Shown: one piece after another, positions 48,725-56,911 of the stretch
Layout: the number at the start of each line of letters is the position of its first letter
Position numbering within the stretch: the first letter of the stretch is position 1
Made by a program: the position numbers and the translations under genes
Assembly (NCBI GenBank): GCA_046541915.1
Contig: JBKHCI010000001.1
Location: 11,083 to 75,082 of the forward strand
Origin: Desulfonatronovibrio sp.
Lineage (GTDB): Bacteria > Desulfobacterota > Desulfovibrionia > Desulfovibrionales > Desulfonatronovibrionaceae
DNA: 64,000 nucleotides
Direction of reading: 5' to 3'
The notes under the pieces: model-generated
What the model saw: only the letters and a program-made list of their open reading frames with translations
Database searches by the model: none
What the model was told of the DNA's origin: nothing

Positions 48725-51127
48725 TTAGTCAGTCGTGGCCGCAAGCTTTCTGGCCATTTTAACGGCGGATACCGCGTCCGGGGCAAAGCCGTCAGCTTTG
48801 ATTTTTTCAGCGTACATTGAGGTTACTACAGCCCCTCCTACCATTACTCTGCAGGGTAGCTTGTTTTTCCTGATGAGACTGATGGTCTCCTCCATCTTGA
48901 CCATGGTAGTGGTCATAAGAGCTGAAAGACCTATTACTTTTGCCTCATGTTTTCTGGCTGTGTCAACTATCTCCTCCGCAGGCACATCCTTGCCCATGTC
49001 AATGACATTAAAACCATAGTTTCTGAGCATCAGACAGACAATGTTTTTCCCGATATCATGAATGTCACCTTCCACGGTGGCCATGATAACAGTGGGCCCC
49101 AGGTCCTTATCATCTCTTTTGAGCATAGGCTTAAGATATTCAAAGCCTGTTTTCATGGTCTCTGCACTGAGTATAAGCTGAGGAAGAAAGTATTCCCTTT
49201 TTTCGTATTTTTCACCCACAAGGTTTATGGCCGGGATCATTTCCTGGCTGACTATCTCAAAAGGATCCCGGCCGTTTTTTATTTCTTTTTCCAGAAAGGA
49301 GGCAATTGTTTCTGTCCTGCCTTTAATGATGGCCTCCTGTACGGAAGAAGCAAAATTTTGCGGTTTTGACCCGGATTGTGAGGTAAAAGGAGCGGATGGC
49401 TTCCACTGGGAAAAATCCCGGGTAAAATCCTGAGCCATGGCGTCACGCCCCAGGATGACATTGGAAGCCGCCAGTACTTCCCTGACACGGACCGACCCGG
49501 GATTGGCTATAAGGGAACTCATTCCCCAGGACAGGCACATGGCCAAGAAGGTGGAGTTGATAAGTTCTCTGGCCGGCAGACCAAAGGAGATATTGGAAAG
49601 GCCCATGATGGTGGCAAGTCCCCATTTATCCCGGCACTGGCGGATTACTTCCAGACAGTCCACGCCCGCCTGAGTACTTGACGAAAGGGTCAAAGCCAGG
49701 GCGTCAACCAGGATGAGCCTGCGGGGAATGTTCAGATCCCCGGCTTTTTCCAGAAGTTCTTCAATGATTTTAAGCCGTTCTTTGGCTGTGGCTGGAAGTT
49801 TTTTCCCTTTGAGGGGCAGTAAAATAAACGGAGCCCCAAAGTCCCGGCACAGCGGTCCCAGAATTTCCATTTTGTCCTGCTCTCCGCTGATGGAATTCAC
49901 CAGAGGGCTTCCCGGATACTCAAGGAGGGTCTTTTTAATGGCTTCCTGGCTGCTGGAGTCAATACACAGGGGGAAGTCGAATTTTGCCACGAGTTCCCGG
50001 GTCAGGGCGGGCAGAAGTTTGTTTTCCTCCACCATGGGAGCTCCAACGTTTACGTCCAGAACATGCGCGCCCTGTTCTATCTGTTCTTCTGCCAGCTCCA
50101 GGGCCCGGGTAAATCCAAAACCCTGAAGCTGGGCAGTCAAGTCTTTTTTGCCTGTAGGGTTGATTCTTTCTCCCACCAGTACAGGTCTGCAATTGAAACC
50201 AAAGTCAACGCTTCTGCTTCTGGAAGTCACAGCCAGACAGGAGTCTTTCCGGGGTTGCGGCTTCCGGTATTTATAATCTTGAGCTGTTTTCCTCAGGGCT
50301 CTAATGTGATCAGGCGTGGTACCGCAACATCCTCCCAGAGATTTGACTCCCATTTCAAGAAATGGTTTGAGCCTGGCCGCGAATTCTTCCGGTCCAAGCT
50401 TGAAAACAGTTCTGCCGTTTTCCAGCACGGGCAGACCGGCATTGGGCTGGATAAGCAGGGGCGTTTCCAGTCTGGGCAGCATTGATTCAACCAGAGCAAT
50501 AAAGTCGTCCGGTCCTGAACTGCAGTTGATGGCCACCATGTCTACGCCCAGGTTCTGCATTGTATTCAGATAAACCAGAGGCGTGGTGCCGGTAAGGCTT
50601 TGTCCCTGTTCAAAGGTCATGGAAATGGCCACGGGCAGATGACAGACTTCTCTGGCGGCAATGACCACGGCTCTGGCTTCGGCCAGATCAAAATGGGTTT
50701 CAGCCAGGATAAGGTCAACGCCGCCCTGGACCAGGCCGGCAATCTGTTCTTTAAAAGCCTCCAGCATGGAGGGAAACTCCAGATCGCCCATGGGAGACAG
50801 CATTTTCCCGGTGGGCCCCACACTGCCGGCAACGTAAGCCCTGCTCCCCGCAGCCTGACGGGCTGTCCGGGCCATTTCCCGGTTGAATTCAACCGGATTT
50901 ATTTTCGGCCCCAGCTTGTATCTTGATCCTCCAAAGGTATTAGTGGTTATGACGCATGCCCCTGAAGAAATATAAATATCATGGATTTCTCTGATAATTT
51001 CTGGTTTTTCCATACCCAGTTCTTCAGGGGACTGCCCCGGCTTCAATCCTCTTGACTGCAGAAGCGTGCCCATGCCCCCGTCGAAAATAATTATTTCATC
51101 GTTATTTAATGTTTCCAAAAAAGTCAT
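48725..51127 (-). CDS. metH: Cobalamin-dependent methionine synthase core (Hcy-, folate- and B12-binding domains; no reactivation domain)
   Basis: DGGMGT, INCS, GGCCGTTP, GERINPTG, GDIHDIGKNIV, LSALMTTT; start moved to ATG 51127 (800 aa). Confidence 0.88.
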   Translation of the reverse strand: MTFLETLNNDEIIIFDGGMGTLLQSRGLKPGQSPEELGMEKPEIIREIHDIYISSGACVITTNTFGGSRYKLGPKINPVEFNREMARTARQAAGSRAYVAGSVGPTGKMLSPMGDLEFPSMLEAFKEQIAGLVQGGVDLILAETHFDLAEARAVVIAAREVCHLPVAISMTFEQGQSLTGTTPLVYLNTMQNLGVDMVAINCSSGPDDFIALVESMLPRLETPLLIQPNAGLPVLENGRTVFKLGPEEFAARLKPFLEMGVKSLGGCCGTTPDHIRALRKTAQDYKYRKPQPRKDSCLAVTSRSRSVDFGFNCRPVLVGERINPTGKKDLTAQLQGFGFTRALELAEEQIEQGAHVLDVNVGAPMVEENKLLPALTRELVAKFDFPLCIDSSSQEAIKKTLLEYPGSPLVNSISGEQDKMEILGPLCRDFGAPFILLPLKGKKLPATAKERLKIIEELLEKAGDLNIPRRLILVDALALTLSSSTQAGVDCLEVIRQCRDKWGLATIMGLSNISFGLPARELINSTFLAMCLSWGMSSLIANPGSVRVREVLAASNVILGRDAMAQDFTRDFSQWKPSAPFTSQSGSKPQNFASSVQEAIIKGRTETIASFLEKEIKNGRDPFEIVSQEMIPAINLVGEKYEKREYFLPQLILSAETMKTGFEYLKPMLKRDDKDLGPTVIMATVEGDIHDIGKNIVCLMLRNYGFNVIDMGKDVPAEEIVDTARKHEAKVIGLSALMTTTMVKMEETISLIRKNKLPCRVMVGGAVVTSMYAEKIKADGFAPDAVSAVKMARKLAATTD

Positions 51128-51302
51128 TTTTAAACCTGTTGCCTGTATTCCGCGTTGCGTTAGTGCGGTAAAATATTCTTGAGCCAGTGATCTTGATTTG
51201 ATAAATATTAAAGAATACGGCATACTGAAATTTGCTGAAAAGGACAAATAAAACTATAAGGCTGAAAATCTGGAAAAGAATAACTATTAACCATAGCCAT
51301 CT

Positions 51303-51380
51303 GTCAGCCTTGGGTTTATATTTCTGTTGATACGGATTCCCTGTCGCGGTTCCGCGGTCAAACATAAACCCAAGGCTGAC
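51303..51380. repeat. Hairpin with a perfect 17-bp stem between divergent metH and rpoH
   Basis: GTCAGCCTTGGGTTTAT / ATAAACCCAAGGCTGAC; loop contains ATTCCCT..CGCGG-TT-CCGCG-GTCAAAC. Confidence 0.7.
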
Positions 51381-51432
51381 CATAGTGTATGATGAGCTGA
51401 TTCGGAAAAGACAGAGTGACAGAGAGGTTCAG

Positions 51433-52407
51433 GTGAGCTCTGAAGAAAATATGAACAAAAAAAAGATAGACTCCAAGATGAGTCCGGAAGATAAAAAAAA
51501 GGCTGAAAAGGTTATCAAGGATATCTGTGCCAGGCCTGACTCCACGCCTTCGGTGAGAGATCCTTTGAGGATATATATGCGCGAACTGGGGCGGTTTCCG
51601 CCCTTGTCCACAGAAGAAGAATTTGAACTGGCCAGACGGTTCCGGGAAGAAGGAGATCATGACGCAGCCCTTAAGCTGGTGACCTCCAATCTGCGTCTGG
51701 TGGTCAGGATTGCCATGGAATTTCAGCGTAAATGGATGAAAAATGTGCTGGATTATATCCAGGAGGGCAATGTCGGGCTCATGAAGGCCCTGAAAAAATT
51801 TGATCCGGACAAGGGGATCAAGTTTTCCTATTACGCCGCTTTCTGGATCAGGGCTTATATACTCAAGTTTATCATGGATAACTGGAGAATGGTCAAGGTA
51901 GGGACCACCCAGGCTCAGCGCAAGCTTTTTTATAATCTGAGCAAAGAAAAGCAGCGGCTGGAATCCATGGGAATTTCTGCTGATGCCGATACCATATCTC
52001 AGAATCTGGACGTTTCTGAATCCGATGTTGTGGAGATGGGACAGCGGCTGGGCCAGCATGACCTGTCCCTGGACATGCCCTATAATGATGATTCCGAAAT
52101 GACGCCCATGAGTTTTATCCCGGCAATCGGCGACGGTGCTGAGGATATTCTTTTACAGGAAGAAACAGCCGACCTTCTCAACAAGAATATCAAAGAACTC
52201 ATGCCCAGCCTGAATGAAAAGGAAAAGGACATAATTGAAAAAAGGCTTCTGGCGGAATCACCGGTCACTCTCCGGGAAATCGGCGAAAAATACGGTATTA
52301 CCAGAGAAAGGGTCCGGCAGATCGAAGCAAGGCTTCTGGAAAAGATCAAGGTTCATATCCAGGGCAATGTCAGTGATTTTTCCAGGGAGTGGATAGACAA
52401 TGATTAA
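51433..52407 (+). CDS. rpoH: RNA polymerase sigma-32 family factor
   Basis: SNLRLVV, QEGNVGLMKA, SYYAAFWIRAYI, RpoH-box-like QRKLFYNL, ITRERVRQIE. Start uncertain (GTG 51433 after GAGG, or ATG 51451). Confidence 0.85.
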   Translation: MSSEENMNKKKIDSKMSPEDKKKAEKVIKDICARPDSTPSVRDPLRIYMRELGRFPPLSTEEEFELARRFREEGDHDAALKLVTSNLRLVVRIAMEFQRKWMKNVLDYIQEGNVGLMKALKKFDPDKGIKFSYYAAFWIRAYILKFIMDNWRMVKVGTTQAQRKLFYNLSKEKQRLESMGISADADTISQNLDVSESDVVEMGQRLGQHDLSLDMPYNDDSEMTPMSFIPAIGDGAEDILLQEETADLLNKNIKELMPSLNEKEKDIIEKRLLAESPVTLREIGEKYGITRERVRQIEARLLEKIKVHIQGNVSDFSREWIDND

Positions 52408-53173
52408 CAGTCTGAATAGAGTCAGAAACAGAGCCAAGGTTTTAGCCGGACAGTGCAAACTGGATTTTTATAATCATTTTTCTTCAGAACTGGCCAGGTC
52501 CAGAGAAGTTTTTTTCAGCCATCCCTTGATCCTGAGACTTCGTGAAGATGTGCTGCCTTTTCTGAATGACGGCTTTGGCCACGGAATTGAACATTCTAAA
52601 AAGGTTGCTCTAGACGCCGGTATACTGGCTCAGGTTGAAACCAGGCTCTGGAAAAATCCTTTAGAGACCAAAAGGCTCTGCGTTCTGGCACAGATGGCTG
52701 GTCTGCTTCATGATATCTGCAGACAGGATGAAGATCACGCCCGCCAAGGCGCGGAGTTTTCCGCAGTTATCCTGGCTGATTATCCTGTCTCGGACCAGGA
52801 CCGAAGCGATATCGCCTTTGCCGTGAACAATCATGAGGCATTTAAAGATGTTGGACAGGCTGAGGATCAGAGCAGACAACTGCTCAGCGACATTCTTTAT
52901 GACGCGGATAAATTTCGCTGGGGCCCTGATAATTTTATTACAACTTTATGGGAGATTTGCTGCTTTGAGGAATGGACTCTGCAGGAAATTGTAGACAGAT
53001 TCCCCAGAGGGATGGATTTTATTGAAAAGATCAGCGACACTTTCAGATCAGAAACCGGGAGAATTTACGGACCGGAATTTATCCGGTGCGGTCTGGAAGT
53101 AGGCACCCAGGTCTACAGATTTCTCCTGGAGGATTGTCAACTGGAAGAAGCAGGCTGCGGCCAGGATTTATAA
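52400..53173 (+). CDS. HD-domain protein
   Basis: GHGIEHS, LLHDICR, HARQGA, NHEAF, YDADKFRWG. Confidence 0.85.
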   Translation: MINSLNRVRNRAKVLAGQCKLDFYNHFSSELARSREVFFSHPLILRLREDVLPFLNDGFGHGIEHSKKVALDAGILAQVETRLWKNPLETKRLCVLAQMAGLLHDICRQDEDHARQGAEFSAVILADYPVSDQDRSDIAFAVNNHEAFKDVGQAEDQSRQLLSDILYDADKFRWGPDNFITTLWEICCFEEWTLQEIVDRFPRGMDFIEKISDTFRSETGRIYGPEFIRCGLEVGTQVYRFLLEDCQLEEAGCGQDL

Positions 53174-53276
53174 TCACTTCGCACATTGATCCTGATAACT
53201 AAAAGGCAGTAATTCTGCACGAAAAAGACTAAGATGCACGAATAAAATATTGCCAAGGTATTTAAACGATAGATTA

Positions 53277-54986
53277 ATGCTCAATAAATTTTTAATTATT
53301 TTTTTTCTGGTCCTGTCTGCCGCGCCTGGCTGCGCTCCAAAGCAGGAACCTGCAACCGCCCCGCACCATTGGGAACTTTCTTCACAAGCCACTGTTACCT
53401 ATTATTATCTTAAAGCCCAGGATCAACTTTCCCAAGGCAGATTCCTGGAGTCGGCAGCATTGCTGGAAAAAGCCATTGAAGCAGGTCCCAGGCCTTATTT
53501 GTATATAGATATGGCCAGATCCTACTGGCGGGGCCGGGACAGAGATATGGCCATCAAGTCTATGAAAGAGGCAGTTTCAGCCTTTCCCGATGAACCGGAT
53601 GTATACTTTGCCCTGGCGGAATTTTACCTGGCGGACAATAAAGAAGGCAAGGCACTGGAAATTATTGATCAGTTCAGCGAGGTTGCCCCGGATCATCCGG
53701 GTGTTTACCAGGATCTGGCCTCTTTTTACAATGAGGTCGGGGATTATCCCAAAGTTCTGGATCTGCTTCAGCAGGTACCAGATAAGGACAAGACTCCGGA
53801 AATGCTCTACCATATGGCCCGGGCCAGCTTTGAACTCGGAGATATCAAAAAGGCGGTCCAGCTTTTGAGAAGGGCGGTGGATATAAATCCCATGTTTGTT
53901 CAGGCCTGGGCGGAACTGGCCTTTATTTTTGAACGTGAAAGGGATTATGTTCAGGCTGAAGAAATTTATGAGAAGCTTTTCAGCATCGGCGAAACCAATC
54001 CTGATCTGATTTTGCGGATTATTGAGCTTAATCTAAAATTGAATGATCCGGATAAAGCCCGTCAGTTTCTGGACAAAGGACCAGATGATCTGCAGTTTCA
54101 CCTGGATGCCGCCAAACAGTTCATCAACAACAGCTTTTATGATCATGCTTACGATATTCTAAGTAAAATAACTCAGCGATCCAGTTATCCTCCCACTGTA
54201 TTTTTTTATATGGCCCTTGTTGCCTACGAAGGATGGTCTGATCCGGACAGGGCCCTGGAATATCTTCAAGAGGTTCCCAGGGATGATCCTTATCATCTGC
54301 AGGCTTTCCTGTTTCGCATTGAGATACATTTTGAGCAGAAACAGTACAGGCAAGCCCTTGATCTGTCCAGACAGGGCAGGGAAATCCATCCGAATGAGAG
54401 CAGGCTTGTTTTGTTTGAATCAATCGTTCTGGAGATTCTTGGTGAATACCCCGGTGCGCTGGAAGCTGTAAGATCAGGATTGAAGAAGTGGCCTTCGGAC
54501 ACGGATCTGCTTTTCAGAAAAGGAGTGCTTCTGGATAAAAAAGGGGAAAAAGACCAGGCCCTTGAGACCATGGAAGAGATTGTATCCATGGATCAGGATC
54601 ACCATGAAGCTCTTAACTACGTGGGTTATACCCTTGCCGAGCAGGACAGAGATCTGGACAGGGCTCTGGTGCTTATCAAAAGAGCATTGAAGCTGGATCC
54701 CGGCAACGGATATTATATGGATTCCCTGGCCTGGGCTTATTATGTTCAGAGAGAATATGAAAAAGCCTGGAAAGAGATCAGCCGGGCCGTGGAAATTGTT
54801 GCTGATGATCCCATTATCTGGGAGCATTACGCAGATATTGCCCTGGCCGTGAATAATCCTGAACAGGCCCTGCGCGGATATGAAAGAGCACTGGAAAAAG
54901 ACCCTGACGACCTGGATGATATTCAGGAAAAAATCAAATTAATTCTGGAAAAGTATCCGGAGCTGCAAAAACAGGATGATTCATGA
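53277..54986 (+). CDS. TPR lipoprotein
   Basis: Lipobox APGC; many TPRs; ALNYVGYTLAE, DSLAWAY, IWEHYAD. Confidence 0.88.
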   Translation: MLNKFLIIFFLVLSAAPGCAPKQEPATAPHHWELSSQATVTYYYLKAQDQLSQGRFLESAALLEKAIEAGPRPYLYIDMARSYWRGRDRDMAIKSMKEAVSAFPDEPDVYFALAEFYLADNKEGKALEIIDQFSEVAPDHPGVYQDLASFYNEVGDYPKVLDLLQQVPDKDKTPEMLYHMARASFELGDIKKAVQLLRRAVDINPMFVQAWAELAFIFERERDYVQAEEIYEKLFSIGETNPDLILRIIELNLKLNDPDKARQFLDKGPDDLQFHLDAAKQFINNSFYDHAYDILSKITQRSSYPPTVFFYMALVAYEGWSDPDRALEYLQEVPRDDPYHLQAFLFRIEIHFEQKQYRQALDLSRQGREIHPNESRLVLFESIVLEILGEYPGALEAVRSGLKKWPSDTDLLFRKGVLLDKKGEKDQALETMEEIVSMDQDHHEALNYVGYTLAEQDRDLDRALVLIKRALKLDPGNGYYMDSLAWAYYVQREYEKAWKEISRAVEIVADDPIIWEHYADIALAVNNPEQALRGYERALEKDPDDLDDIQEKIKLILEKYPELQKQDDS

Positions 54987-55750
54987 TGGCTGTTTTATTC
55001 CGTCTGCTGCTCTGTGGTATGGCCGCGGCATTTATTTTCGGCTGCGCACCTGCGCATATTCCGGTTGAAAGGCCGCCTGAGTTGGTCTGGAATAAATTCA
55101 GGCTGGGAGCGAAAAGTATTGATCCTGACCAGTCTTTTCTGATACGCGCCTCCATCAGCTATGACAGTCCCGAGCGCAGTCATCGTATCCAGTCTTCCCT
55201 GTGGGGTTATATAAATTATCCCATCCGCATGGATCTGAGCGCTGGATTTGGTCAGACTATTGCCATGTGGCATGAAGACGAACAATTCTGGCAGGCATAT
55301 TTTCCAGGTGAAAACACCAGATATATTCACCCCGACGGAAGTGTGGGTGCAAGTATGCTGGGGTATCCCACCCCTTTTGATCTCCAACAGACAGTAAAAG
55401 TCCTGCTGGGAGATTTTGGAGATATTATTCCGGAAGCATTTTATAAGGCTGAGACACTTGACGGTGGGTGGAAATATTATTTCAGGGAACATGAAGTTGA
55501 AAACATAATCCTGGACCAGGACGGCTCAGTGCGCTCAGTCAACGGCAGAGGGTGGAAGGTTGAATTTTCAGGCCGGAAAAATGAAGATATGTTTCCTTAT
55601 TATTCAAGGATTGACATGCAGCTTTCAGAAGAGCAGAGGGCTCTGGTCAGGATCAAGTCAGTGGAGCTGAATGCAGAGCAATGGGATGAAGAGCAGCTTG
55701 AACTGAAGATTCCTCCGGAAGCACAGACTGTTCATCTGCCCGGGAGTTAA
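54983..55750 (+). CDS. Lipoprotein, possibly LolB-like
   Basis: Lipobox IFGC; beta-rich; RMDLSAGFGQT; start overlaps the TPR gene stop. Confidence 0.6.
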   Translation: MMAVLFRLLLCGMAAAFIFGCAPAHIPVERPPELVWNKFRLGAKSIDPDQSFLIRASISYDSPERSHRIQSSLWGYINYPIRMDLSAGFGQTIAMWHEDEQFWQAYFPGENTRYIHPDGSVGASMLGYPTPFDLQQTVKVLLGDFGDIIPEAFYKAETLDGGWKYYFREHEVENIILDQDGSVRSVNGRGWKVEFSGRKNEDMFPYYSRIDMQLSEEQRALVRIKSVELNAEQWDEEQLELKIPPEAQTVHLPGS

Positions 55751-55798
55751 GACTCTCTACTGTTTGGCAGGATAACCAGTTATTTTAAGAGAATTATT

Positions 55799-56173
55799 AT
55801 GATCATGAGAAATCAGAATTTAACATCCCGCAGCATAGATCCTGGGCTGGGGCCTTTTGAATTGTTTGTTGTGGGCTGGAGGCTAATACTGAGTGAAATG
55901 GGCTGGTTTTTAAAGATTCGGTTCAGGTTCTGGGAGATAAGACAGCTTGATAAGCGTCTGAATAAGGAAAAAATTAATCTTGCAGAGCAGGTTCAGGGAA
56001 AAATTTCAGGAAGCAAACAAGTCCTGGATCTGAAAGATCCCGACATTGAACTGACTTTGGGCCAGGTTGCCCTGTTAGAGGAAGAGATCTCTTCTCTGCT
56101 TGAAGAAATAAAGGCCAAGCGCAAAATTTTTGTGGAAAAACGCAGAAGAAAATATTTGGAAAAAACAGACTGA
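55799..56173 (+). CDS. Hypothetical coiled-coil protein
   Basis: 124-aa ORF filling the gap between co-oriented genes. Confidence 0.7.
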   Translation: MIMRNQNLTSRSIDPGLGPFELFVVGWRLILSEMGWFLKIRFRFWEIRQLDKRLNKEKINLAEQVQGKISGSKQVLDLKDPDIELTLGQVALLEEEISSLLEEIKAKRKIFVEKRRRKYLEKTD

Positions 56174-56187
56174 TTACAGGGAATAAT

Positions 56188-56625
56188 ATGAATACAGAAA
56201 ATATTGTATTTGGTTCTGACCATGCTGGAATGGATCTGAAAAGATTTTTAATGGATCAGGTAGAAAGTGATTATAAGCTTGTTGATGTGGGGCCTGACCA
56301 AAAAGCAAGCTGCGATTATCCGGTTTATGCCAAAGCTCTTTGCCAAAAGGTGCTGGAGCTCAAGTGCCCTGGAGTTTTGATCTGCGGTTCAGGGATAGGC
56401 ATGTCCATCACAGCCAACCGGATAAAAGGGATCAGAGCGGCCCTCTGCCTGAATGAATATATGGCCAGGATGTCCAGGATGCATAATAATGCTAATGTGC
56501 TTTGTCTGGGCGAAAGAATAGTGGGCGTTGATCTGGCCGGAAGCATTTTGCAGGCTTTTCTGGGGGCATCTTTTGAAGGGGGAAGGCATCAGAAGAGGAT
56601 TGAAATGATTGAACAAGGCTTATAA
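56188..56625 (+). CDS. rpiB: Ribose-5-phosphate isomerase B
   Basis: GSDHAG, DYP, CGSGIG, ANR..GIRAA, HNNANVL, FEGGRH. Confidence 0.96.
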   Translation: MNTENIVFGSDHAGMDLKRFLMDQVESDYKLVDVGPDQKASCDYPVYAKALCQKVLELKCPGVLICGSGIGMSITANRIKGIRAALCLNEYMARMSRMHNNANVLCLGERIVGVDLAGSILQAFLGASFEGGRHQKRIEMIEQGL

Positions 56626-56681
56626 GCTTTTTTAACGCTTAAATCCAGAAAAATTGTATCTATTCATTATGTTTTTAAAGA

Positions 56682-56840
56682 CTGGAGCCAATCCGGTTTT
56701 TTTATGTTGCAAAACTCCCTGGGCGGCTTAAGTAAGGCAAAACCTCTTTATTTGTGATTTAATAAAGTAAGTTCTGGTTTTGCCTAACAGAACCGTGCCG
56801 GTCAAACAATGCAACATATAGAAAACCGGACAGGCTCCAG
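56682..56840. other. 159-nt long hairpin element (structured RNA or MITE-like)
   Basis: Nested pairs CTGGAGCC/GGCTCCAG, TCCGGTTTT/AAAACCGGA, TATGTTGCA/TGCAACATA, AGGCAAAACC/GGTTTTGCCT, CTTTATT/AATAAAG. Confidence 0.75.
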
Positions 56841-56911
56841 CCTTTCGAGTTAAATCGTATGTTGTGGTGAATTACGAAAAATTTAACATTAAACCAGAAA
56901 CGGATAAACAA

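Noticed and set aside
51130-51300. SAM riboswitch or SahR operator upstream of metH
   Set aside because: Only a TTGATA half-site; no convincing palindrome or aptamer
56682-56840. Annotating the hairpin as 6S RNA
   Set aside because: The usual zapA/rny or ygfA context is missing and I cannot confirm the consensus; kept as an unassigned element
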